A stretch of 8,183 nucleotides of DNA from NCBI GenBank assembly GCA_000004985.1, contig GG739082.1, one strand, 5' to 3'. The DNA is from Naegleria gruberi (lineage: Eukaryota). The notes under the pieces are model-generated. The model did no database searches. It saw only the letters and a list, made by a program, of their open reading frames with translations, and was not told the origin of the DNA. Shown in pieces: positions 1 to 8,183 of the stretch. Position numbers and translations under genes: made by a program. Every line of letters starts with the position of its first letter. Position 1 is the stretch's first letter.

Positions 1-17
1 GNAGCCGAATATTAAAG

Positions 18-794
18 TTGAACGCAGCTAATTTCGAGCAGAACTTTGATATTGCTATTTCTAATTGTTTCGACATGTTCATTGTAGTTGGTGGATCATC
101 ATTGAAGATTTTCGATAAATCAAAAGCTGTCACCTCTGAAAATTCCCTTTTATTTAATATCAAGTATAGGGAATTTTCGTTTCATTGCTTGCGATTGGTG
201 ACTGAGAATTCAGAGGAATTTATTTATGCAAGTAAAAGTGGAGGAATTATTAAAATTAGAGTGAAGGATTTGATGGAAGGAAAGGAAGGAATTGTGTGGG
301 AATGTAAAAAATCAAACACGAATATTTGGGGATTGGATTTGATGGGAAATCAAGTGTTTTTTATAGATTACAATAGATCAGTAATTTGTAAAGCAAATAA
401 GGAAACAGGAAAGGATGAAGGTGAAGATGTTATTCATTTATTTAATGGATATGGAATTGAATTTTTATCTGAAAGTGAAATATTGACATCCAATCAACAA
501 TCTTTAGAAATTTTCAAAAAACAAGAAAATAATTGGATTTCTAAAAGAAGAGTGGTTATTCCCAAGTGTTCTACCGCTTATTCAATATTTTATGAGAAGG
601 AATCTGGCTTAGTTTACTTATCTGATACTGAAAATAATCGAATTTTTGTCATTAGATTGTTTGATTTCTCAATTGTTAAAACATTTGAAGATTCTAATGC
701 CATTTCAAGAAATTTCGGATTGTTTGTTGATAAGCGAACTGGTTTACTCTATGTTGTTAATAACAAATCCAAAGAAATTTCTATTTTTCAATAA
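18..794 (+). CDS. NHL-repeat-like beta-propeller protein. The frame is open from the window start; the TTG start at 18 is an ORF-caller artefact. The first in-frame ATG is at 75, so the gene is either 5'-partial or starts at 75. The stop is TAA at 792-794.
   Basis: Continuous 258-codon ORF. Its motifs recur with about 40-aa spacing and resemble NHL or six-bladed propeller blades: GLVYLSDTENNRIFVI, GLLYVVNNKSKEISIF, NQVFFIDYNRSVICKA, GGIIKIRV. There are no upstream stops in frame back to nt 3. I identified the family from the motifs by eye, not by a search. Confidence 0.5.
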   Translation: MNAANFEQNFDIAISNCFDMFIVVGGSSLKIFDKSKAVTSENSLLFNIKYREFSFHCLRLVTENSEEFIYASKSGGIIKIRVKDLMEGKEGIVWECKKSNTNIWGLDLMGNQVFFIDYNRSVICKANKETGKDEGEDVIHLFNGYGIEFLSESEILTSNQQSLEIFKKQENNWISKRRVVIPKCSTAYSIFYEKESGLVYLSDTENNRIFVIRLFDFSIVKTFEDSNAISRNFGLFVDKRTGLLYVVNNKSKEISIFQ

Positions 795-935
795 TACTTT
801 CGTATGTCAGTTGACCAAATGGTGATTTTCAACAATTCGCACCAGTGGTTATCATCTATGGACGATGAAGAGAACAAGAAAGAATTTAAACTTGATCAAT
901 TTTTAATATTTTAAATAATTTTTACTTTTAAAAAA

Positions 936-1621
936 ATGTCTCACATTGACGATGAACTATCCTGCTGCTGTTGTTGCATTCTCATCGATGGATCATCTCT
1001 CTCTCATCAACCCTCCAACAATGTGTATTACCATAAATTGAGAGAAAAATTCAATGAACAACGTAAAGGCTATACTAAATGGTTACAAGCTCAAGTAAAT
1101 TTCATTCAATTACAGAGATTACGTAGAAGATCCGAATCAATTGCAGCATCACACACTTATCAGCATCTTCCTATTGAATTTTTATTTGATGATTATTTGG
1201 TAATTATGGCAATGAAGAATTTTCCATTGAATTATTCACATATTGTAAAACAATTACCATTTGTTTTGAATAGGACATCATTATTTAGACTTGCGTTTAA
1301 GAATTGTTATTCAGATCTGTTGTTTCAAGCCTCAGAAACAGCCAGGAAAGATCCAGAAATTGCACAAATGATTGTTCACTTTAAAGGAACAGAATTGGAA
1401 TTTCTCTCTGACGAATGTAAAGCCAATAGGAATGTGGTGTTATCTCCCGTTGGAAGTAGTGGATCAATGATTGAATTTGCGAGTGAAGAGTTGAGAAATG
1501 ATGAGGAAATTATTTTGGCTGCTGTTAAAAATGGTTACGTCAACTTTCCCAAATCAATATTCGAAAGATATCCTCAAGTAGCTGTGGAATGTATGGTTTT
1601 ATATTGGAATTCTAGAGTGAG
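936..1621 (+). CDS. DUF4116-repeat protein, 3'-truncated by the assembly gap (only the N-terminal 228 aa are visible).
   Basis: ATG at 936 in the A-rich context ttttaaaaaaATG, with an in-frame TAA at 915-917 upstream. The C-terminal part carries at least two DUF4116-type repeats: ...TELEFLSDECKANRNVVLSPVGSSGSMIEFASEELRNDEEIILAAVKNGY... These match the DUF4116 consensus (A/L x x A S E E L R N D x E I V L x A V x x N G). The ORF is still open where the N run begins at 1622. Confidence 0.7.
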
Positions 1622-4600
1622 NNNNNNNNNNNNNNNNNNNNNNNNNNNNNNNNNNNNNNNNNNNNNNNNNNNNNNNNNNNNNNNNNNNNNNNNNNNNNNN
1701 NNNNNNNNNNNNNNNNNNNNNNNNNNNNNNNNNNNNNNNNNNNNNNNNNNNNNNNNNNNNNNNNNNNNNNNNNNNNNNNNNNNNNNNNNNNNNNNNNNNN
1801 NNNNNNNNNNNNNNNNNNNNNNNNNNNNNNNNNNNNNNNNNNNNNNNNNNNNNNNNNNNNNNNNNNNNNNNNNNNNNNNNNNNNNNNNNNNNNNNNNNNN
1901 NNNNNNNNNNNNNNNNNNNNNNNNNNNNNNNNNNNNNNNNNNNNNNNNNNNNNNNNNNNNNNNNNNNNNNNNNNNNNNNNNNNNNNNNNNNNNNNNNNNN
2001 NNNNNNNNNNNNNNNNNNNNNNNNNNNNNNNNNNNNNNNNNNNNNNNNNNNNNNNNNNNNNNNNNNNNNNNNNNNNNNNNNNNNNNNNNNNNNNNNNNNN
2101 NNNNNNNNNNNNNNNNNNNNNNNNNNNNNNNNNNNNNNNNNNNNNNNNNNNNNNNNNNNNNNNNNNNNNNNNNNNNNNNNNNNNNNNNNNNNNNNNNNNN
2201 NNNNNNNNNNNNNNNNNNNNNNNNNNNNNNNNNNNNNNNNNNNNNNNNNNNNNNNNNNNNNNNNNNNNNNNNNNNNNNNNNNNNNNNNNNNNNNNNNNNN
2301 NNNNNNNNNNNNNNNNNNNNNNNNNNNNNNNNNNNNNNNNNNNNNNNNNNNNNNNNNNNNNNNNNNNNNNNNNNNNNNNNNNNNNNNNNNNNNNNNNNNN
2401 NNNNNNNNNNNNNNNNNNNNNNNNNNNNNNNNNNNNNNNNNNNNNNNNNNNNNNNNNNNNNNNNNNNNNNNNNNNNNNNNNNNNNNNNNNNNNNNNNNNN
2501 NNNNNNNNNNNNNNNNNNNNNNNNNNNNNNNNNNNNNNNNNNNNNNNNNNNNNNNNNNNNNNNNNNNNNNNNNNNNNNNNNNNNNNNNNNNNNNNNNNNN
2601 NNNNNNNNNNNNNNNNNNNNNNNNNNNNNNNNNNNNNNNNNNNNNNNNNNNNNNNNNNNNNNNNNNNNNNNNNNNNNNNNNNNNNNNNNNNNNNNNNNNN
2701 NNNNNNNNNNNNNNNNNNNNNNNNNNNNNNNNNNNNNNNNNNNNNNNNNNNNNNNNNNNNNNNNNNNNNNNNNNNNNNNNNNNNNNNNNNNNNNNNNNNN
2801 NNNNNNNNNNNNNNNNNNNNNNNNNNNNNNNNNNNNNNNNNNNNNNNNNNNNNNNNNNNNNNNNNNNNNNNNNNNNNNNNNNNNNNNNNNNNNNNNNNNN
2901 NNNNNNNNNNNNNNNNNNNNNNNNNNNNNNNNNNNNNNNNNNNNNNNNNNNNNNNNNNNNNNNNNNNNNNNNNNNNNNNNNNNNNNNNNNNNNNNNNNNN
3001 NNNNNNNNNNNNNNNNNNNNNNNNNNNNNNNNNNNNNNNNNNNNNNNNNNNNNNNNNNNNNNNNNNNNNNNNNNNNNNNNNNNNNNNNNNNNNNNNNNNN
3101 NNNNNNNNNNNNNNNNNNNNNNNNNNNNNNNNNNNNNNNNNNNNNNNNNNNNNNNNNNNNNNNNNNNNNNNNNNNNNNNNNNNNNNNNNNNNNNNNNNNN
3201 NNNNNNNNNNNNNNNNNNNNNNNNNNNNNNNNNNNNNNNNNNNNNNNNNNNNNNNNNNNNNNNNNNNNNNNNNNNNNNNNNNNNNNNNNNNNNNNNNNNN
3301 NNNNNNNNNNNNNNNNNNNNNNNNNNNNNNNNNNNNNNNNNNNNNNNNNNNNNNNNNNNNNNNNNNNNNNNNNNNNNNNNNNNNNNNNNNNNNNNNNNNN
3401 NNNNNNNNNNNNNNNNNNNNNNNNNNNNNNNNNNNNNNNNNNNNNNNNNNNNNNNNNNNNNNNNNNNNNNNNNNNNNNNNNNNNNNNNNNNNNNNNNNNN
3501 NNNNNNNNNNNNNNNNNNNNNNNNNNNNNNNNNNNNNNNNNNNNNNNNNNNNNNNNNNNNNNNNNNNNNNNNNNNNNNNNNNNNNNNNNNNNNNNNNNNN
3601 NNNNNNNNNNNNNNNNNNNNNNNNNNNNNNNNNNNNNNNNNNNNNNNNNNNNNNNNNNNNNNNNNNNNNNNNNNNNNNNNNNNNNNNNNNNNNNNNNNNN
3701 NNNNNNNNNNNNNNNNNNNNNNNNNNNNNNNNNNNNNNNNNNNNNNNNNNNNNNNNNNNNNNNNNNNNNNNNNNNNNNNNNNNNNNNNNNNNNNNNNNNN
3801 NNNNNNNNNNNNNNNNNNNNNNNNNNNNNNNNNNNNNNNNNNNNNNNNNNNNNNNNNNNNNNNNNNNNNNNNNNNNNNNNNNNNNNNNNNNNNNNNNNNN
3901 NNNNNNNNNNNNNNNNNNNNNNNNNNNNNNNNNNNNNNNNNNNNNNNNNNNNNNNNNNNNNNNNNNNNNNNNNNNNNNNNNNNNNNNNNNNNNNNNNNNN
4001 NNNNNNNNNNNNNNNNNNNNNNNNNNNNNNNNNNNNNNNNNNNNNNNNNNNNNNNNNNNNNNNNNNNNNNNNNNNNNNNNNNNNNNNNNNNNNNNNNNNN
4101 NNNNNNNNNNNNNNNNNNNNNNNNNNNNNNNNNNNNNNNNNNNNNNNNNNNNNNNNNNNNNNNNNNNNNNNNNNNNNNNNNNNNNNNNNNNNNNNNNNNN
4201 NNNNNNNNNNNNNNNNNNNNNNNNNNNNNNNNNNNNNNNNNNNNNNNNNNNNNNNNNNNNNNNNNNNNNNNNNNNNNNNNNNNNNNNNNNNNNNNNNNNN
4301 NNNNNNNNNNNNNNNNNNNNNNNNNNNNNNNNNNNNNNNNNNNNNNNNNNNNNNNNNNNNNNNNNNNNNNNNNNNNNNNNNNNNNNNNNNNNNNNNNNNN
4401 NNNNNNNNNNNNNNNNNNNNNNNNNNNNNNNNNNNNNNNNNNNNNNNNNNNNNNNNNNNNNNNNNNNNNNNNNNNNNNNNNNNNNNNNNNNNNNNNNNNN
4501 NNNNNNNNNNNNNNNNNNNNNNNNNNNNNNNNNNNNNNNNNNNNNNNNNNNNNNNNNNNNNNNNNNNNNNNNNNNNNNNNNNNNNNNNNNNNNNNNNNNN

Positions 4601-6214
4601 NNNNNNNNNNNNNNNNNNNNNNNNNNNNNNNNNNNNNNNNNNNNNNNNNNNNNNNNNNNNNNNNNNNNNNNNNNNNNNNNNNNNNNNNNNNNNNNNNNNN
4701 NNNNNNNNNNNNNNNNNNNNNNNNNNNNNNNNNNNNNNNNNNNNNNNNNNNNNNNNNNNNNNNNNNNNNNNNNNNNNNNNNNNNNNNNNNNNNNNNNNNN
4801 NNNNNNNNNNNNNNNNNNNNNNNNNNNNNNNNNNNNNNNNNNNNNNNNNNNNNNNNNNNNNNNNNNNNNNNNNNNNNNNNNNNNNNNNNNNNNNNNNNNN
4901 NNNNNNNNNNNNNNNNNNNNNNNNNNNNNNNNNNNNNNNNNNNNNNNNNNNNNNNNNNNNNNNNNNNNNNNNNNNNNNNNNNNNNNNNNNNNNNNNNNNN
5001 NNNNNNNNNNNNNNNNNNNNNNNNNNNNNNNNNNNNNNNNNNNNNNNNNNNNNNNNNNNNNNNNNNNNNNNNNNNNNNNNNNNNNNNNNNNNNNNNNNNN
5101 NNNNNNNNNNNNNNNNNNNNNNNNNNNNNNNNNNNNNNNNNNNNNNNNNNNNNNNNNNNNNNNNNNNNNNNNNNNNNNNNNNNNNNNNNNNNNNNNNNNN
5201 NNNNNNNNNNNNNNNNNNNNNNNNNNNNNNNNNNNNNNNNNNNNNNNNNNNNNNNNNNNNNNNNNNNNNNNNNNNNNNNNNNNNNNNNNNNNNNNNNNNN
5301 NNNNNNNNNNNNNNNNNNNNNNNNNNNNNNNNNNNNNNNNNNNNNNNNNNNNNNNNNNNNNNNNNNNNNNNNNNNNNNNNNNNNNNNNNNNNNNNNNNNN
5401 NNNNNNNNNNNNNNNNNNNNNNNNNNNNNNNNNNNNNNNNNNNNNNNNNNNNNNNNNNNNNNNNNNNNNNNNNNNNNNNNNNNNNNNNNNNNNNNNNNNN
5501 NNNNNNNNNNNNNNNNNNNNNNNNNNNNNNNNNNNNNNNNNNNNNNNNNNNNNNNNNNNNNNNNNNNNNNNNNNNNNNNNNNNNNNNNNNNNNNNNNNNN
5601 NNNNNNNNNNNNNNNNNNNNNNNNNNNNNNNNNNNNNNNNNNNNNNNNNNNNNNNNNNNNNNNNNNNNNNNNNNNNNNNNNNNNNNNNNNNNNNNNNNNN
5701 NNNNNNNNNNNNNNNNNNNNNNNNNNNNNNNNNNNNNNNNNNNNNNNNNNNNNNNNNNNNNNNNNNNNNNNNNNNNNNNNNNNNNNNNNNNNNNNNNNNN
5801 NNNNNNNNNNNNNNNNNNNNNNNNNNNNNNNNNNNNNNNNNNNNNNNNNNNNNNNNNNNNNNNNNNNNNNNNNNNNNNNNNNNNNNNNNNNNNNNNNNNN
5901 NNNNNNNNNNNNNNNNNNNNNNNNNNNNNNNNNNNNNNNNNNNNNNNNNNNNNNNNNNNNNNNNNNNNNNNNNNNNNNNNNNNNNNNNNNNNNNNNNNNN
6001 NNNNNNNNNNNNNNNNNNNNNNNNNNNNNNNNNNNNNNNNNNNNNNNNNNNNNNNNNNNNNNNNNNNNNNNNNNNNNNNNNNNNNNNNNNNNNNNNNNNN
6101 NNNNNNNNNNNNNNNNNNNNNNNNNNNNNNNNNNNNNNNNNNNNNNNNNNNNNNNNNNNNNNNNNNNNNNNNNNNNNNNNNNNNNNNNNNNNNNNNNNNN
6201 NNNNNNNNNNNNNN
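1622..6214. other. Assembly gap of 4,593 N. The X-containing ORFs in the track (936..6227, 1574..6223, 1599..6443, 1612..6255) come from translating this run.
   Basis: Uninterrupted n characters from 1622 to 6214. Confidence 0.99.
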
Positions 6215-6462
6215 CAGAGGCAATTAACATACACCCAACGAATACTATAACACATCCTCCAACTACAAATGATACAACTTGAATGGCAGTTGCATATTCT
6301 TTTGGAATGAAATCAAATCTCTTAATACCAGACATGATACCAATTAGGAGAATGATCAAAATGGCCAACATGACAAATAATGTGGCAATAATGGTCATTG
6401 AGGTTCGAATAATTTTGGAGGTTTCCTTAGTGATGGCTCTCATCAGTGTAGCTGTACTCCAA
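6215..6462 (-). CDS. Exon 2 of the same membrane protein gene, truncated at its 3' end by the gap.
   Basis: In frame with exon 1 after splicing: F-WSTATLMRAITKETSKIIRTSMTIIATLFVMLAILIILLIGIMSGIKRFDFIPKEYATAIQVVSFVVGGCVIVFVGCMLIAS... It adds two more predicted TM helices (TM4 and TM5). The frame is still open at the gap edge. Confidence 0.6.
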
Positions 6463-6506
6463 CTAGTATTTGTGTGTTAAAATATTTTGGAAATTCGAAT
6501 ACTTAC
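6463..6506 (-). other. Spliceosomal intron, 44 nt, GTAAGTATTC...ATACTAG on the minus strand.
   Basis: The minus strand reads ...AACATGTT|GTAAGTATTCGAATTTCCAAAATATTTTAACACACAAATACTAG|TTGGAGT... The donor GTAAGT is consensus and the acceptor ends in AG. Removing the 44 nt joins TT + T into TTT (Phe) and continues in frame into the downstream 82-codon open frame, which is rich in hydrophobic helices. Confidence 0.65.
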
Positions 6507-6958
6507 AACATGTTTTGAACGAAAACAATGATTGAAAACAGTGTCAAGAAATTACTTGTCATTGTAAAACTGTTCAGACCAAGAAATACTTGCATGGCAA
6601 TAAATAATTTCCATTCAATTAATTGTCCTGCTTCAATCTTTTCTCTGATGACTAATTGTAAGGTTTCGTTTACAACTCTTACAAGTAAACTAAATATTTG
6701 AACTGTTACATAAATACCAGTCATAATGAACAGTATCGTTTGGTTTCTCTTTAGTTTCAGTTTTCTTGTAACTCTAATGATGAATCCAATAAGAACAAAA
6801 ATGTAAACTGAAAAGAGAATGAGAAATATTATTGTATTCGAAAGCACTAAACCACTGGCCCAAATAGGTTTCATTTGATCCAAGGTAACATTCGTATAAC
6901 CTTCACCATTTACAATTACTGATGATGAATCTAATAGTGCAAATAAACGTTCTGACAT
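6507..6958 (-). CDS. Exon 1 (with start codon) of a multi-pass, 7TM-like membrane protein gene. It ends in codon phase 2 at the GTAAGT donor.
   Basis: ATG at 6958-6956 in the context acaaaaaATG. The ORF encodes hydrophobic helices ASGLVLSNTIIFLILFSVYIFVLIGFII, TILFIMTGIYVTVQIFSLLV and WKLFIAMQVFLGLNSFTMTSNFLTLFSIIVFV. N-glycosylation sequons NVT and NET sit in predicted extracellular segments, and the predicted cytosolic loop RVTRKLKLKRNQ is basic (positive-inside rule). The apparent stop at 6505-6503 is the TAA inside the donor GTAAGT. Confidence 0.65.
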
Positions 6959-7040
6959 TTTTTGTATGATTATTTGTAGATGTTGGTTATTGTGTTGTTC
7001 TTGAAAATGGGTATCGATGCTAGATCATAGATTCGAATAT

Positions 7041-7058
7041 CTTCTCTTTATAGAGAAG
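7041..7058. promoter_or_regulatory. Perfect 7-bp stem with a 4-nt loop, cttctct-ttat-agagaag, about 85 nt upstream of the membrane-protein ATG. Function unknown.
   Basis: Exact inverted repeat read directly from the sequence. It directly abuts the palindromic ATTCGAAT at 7031-7038. Confidence 0.2.
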
Positions 7059-7488
7059 GGAAAATAATCATGACTATTTGAAATCAAATTAGTAGAAATG
7101 AAAACATGATTGGAAGGAAGCTATCAATTCTATATTTATTCGAATCTATTTATTAGGACGAGCCAAAAAAGTACAAGTCGAAAGGTCATACACATCAGTT
7201 CATTACCAACATTTCTGCAAAAAACATTTGGCTGATGTCCAGTAAAGAGGCAGATGGAATGTATTCTTTTCTCCTGTCTGAAATAATCTCAGTACTATAC
7301 CCAATTGTCTTTATTTTATCGAAACATATGCTCAAAAAAATTGTCATACTATGGTCCCACCCTTGTCCACCCTCAAAGGTTCTATCCTAATACTTTAGAA
7401 TGTGATTTAACCAATTCTCAATTATTTAACTGGAATAAATTTTGAAACGTGCAAATTTGAAACTGTCTTTTAATTTGTTCAGATTGAT

Positions 7489-8183
7489 TTAATTTTTTCT
7501 AATCCAATCCGCTACCCGTTTTGTCGCCTGTTCTTGAACTTCTAAACTAAACACCAGTAGATCTGTTTTACCATCCACATAGGCATCTTTTGCGAGACTT
7601 AAACACTCACTAAACAATCTGTCAGCTACTCTGCCATTGTACTGTTCTAATCTAGTTTGTGGAATTTGGGTTTCTAGTAATTGCAAGAGATGCTCTTCTT
7701 CAAATTGGATAAGATTATCTGGATGTTCTATGGAATACTTTTTAACCAACAAGACCAATATGTTGACGATATCTGAATATGATAAAGCAGAAAATGTAAT
7801 GTGTTTTCTAATTCTAGATTTCAATCCTGGGTTAATCTCTATGAAATTAGCAATTTCTTGGTCATAGCCTGCAAAAACAATAATTGGAGTATCGTCTTTG
7901 CCACTAGTGAGTTCCGTCATGATAACCTCAATACATTCCTTTCCAAAATCATTGCTTGATTTTCCTCTTGAAAGAGAGTATGCCTCATCAATAAACAGCA
8001 CACCACCTCTGGCTTCATCAATCACCTTTTGAGTTTTTGGTGCTGTGTGTCCTACATATTCACCAACAAGATCGGNCCTTCCCACTTCTTTGACAACATT
8101 CTTCTTGATAATTTGGAGCTTGTGAAGAATATTAGAAACCAATCTAGCAACCGTTGTTTTGGCAGTTCCTGGTGGTCCTCTGA
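7489..8183 (-). CDS. AAA+ ATPase of the CbbX/SpoVK family. It is 5'-partial: the N-terminus lies beyond the window end. The TTG at 8142 scored as Met in the ORF track is internal (Leu).
   Basis: Reading upstream of 8142 the frame stays open to the window edge: RGPPGTAKTTVARLVSNILHKLQ... The Walker A-like motif is GPPGTAKT. Walker B is GGVLFIDEAYSL. The downstream block IIVFAGYDQEIANFIEINPGLKSRIRKHITF parallels the CbbX sensor and arginine-finger region (ILAGY...NPGFRSRI...F). The stop is TAA at 7491-7489. An n at 8077 gives one X residue. Confidence 0.85.
   Translation of the reverse strand, partial: RGPPGTAKTTVARLVSNILHKLQIIKKNVVKEVGRXDLVGEYVGHTAPKTQKVIDEARGGVLFIDEAYSLSRGKSSNDFGKECIEVIMTELTSGKDDTPIIVFAGYDQEIANFIEINPGLKSRIRKHITFSALSYSDIVNILVLLVKKYSIEHPDNLIQFEEEHLLQLLETQIPQTRLEQYNGRVADRLFSECLSLAKDAYVDGKTDLLVFSLEVQEQATKRVADWIRKN

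Noticed and set aside
897-904. Minus-strand AAAATTGA, which resembles the Mimivirus early-promoter octamer. Together with the AT-richness this raised a giant-virus hypothesis.
   Set aside because: It is a single occurrence on the wrong strand for the adjacent genes. The canonical spliceosomal intron and the scaffold gap point to a cellular eukaryote.
961-975. Imperfect (TGY)5 run encoding CCCCC near the DUF4116 protein N-terminus.
   Set aside because: It is five codons of low complexity and shows no sign of a microsatellite expansion. It may matter as a metal- or lipid-modification site, but the sequence alone cannot show that.
6401-6413. tRNA T-arm-like GGTTCGAATAA.
   Set aside because: It lies inside coding exon 2. 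The flanks do not pair into a T-stem, and no acceptor, D or anticodon arms can be drawn. I found no tRNA or rRNA anywhere in the readable sequence.
936-6443. Four very long ORFs (1,547-1,763 aa) in the track, consisting almost entirely of X.
   Set aside because: They result from translating the 4,593-nt N run. Only their real-sequence ends, 936-1621 and 6215-6443, carry information.
6283-6480. Plus-strand 65-aa ORF.
   Set aside because: It lies entirely antisense to exon 2 and the intron of the membrane-protein gene. It is hydrophobic only because it mirrors a TM-coding strand, and it has no initiation context.
7637-7867. Plus-strand 76-aa ORF.
   Set aside because: It is antisense and internal to the well-supported AAA+ ATPase CDS. 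It is Cys/Ser-rich low-complexity sequence and is spurious.
1-8183. A prokaryotic reading: an operon, defence island, CRISPR array or mobile element.
   Set aside because: There are no direct-repeat arrays, no IS or transposase-like ORFs, no terminal inverted repeats and no Shine-Dalgarno motifs. The gene structure is eukaryotic. A novel multi-gene system claim cannot be supported from the 44% of the window that is readable.

Overview
Only about 3.6 kb of this 8,183-nt window is real sequence (1-1621 and 6215-8183); positions 1622-6214 are a 4,593-nt run of N, which is an assembly gap. The readable sequence is AT-rich and looks eukaryotic, not prokaryotic. No start codon is preceded by a Shine-Dalgarno motif, and all sit in A-rich contexts (aaaaaaATG at 936, acaaaaaATG at 6958). 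On the minus strand a canonical 44-nt GTAAGT...AG intron joins two ORFs in frame. The ORF track was built bacterial-style, with TTG scored as Met at 18 and 8142, and it translates the N run, so several of its entries are artefacts. I can support four protein-coding genes. The first is a plus-strand NHL-like beta-propeller protein whose 5' end may lie upstream of the window. The second is a plus-strand DUF4116-repeat protein that runs into the gap. The third is a minus-strand, spliced, multi-pass (7TM-like) membrane protein whose 3' end is lost in the gap. The fourth is a minus-strand CbbX/SpoVK-family AAA+ ATPase whose N-terminus lies beyond the window end, with an unusual Walker A (GPPGTAKT). 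I see no rRNA, tRNA, CRISPR array, transposon or bacterial defence-type system. The items worth a second look are the splice, the deviant P-loop, a recurring CpG-containing palindromic 9-mer in the non-coding parts, and the likelihood that the gap hides a collapsed DUF4116 repeat array.
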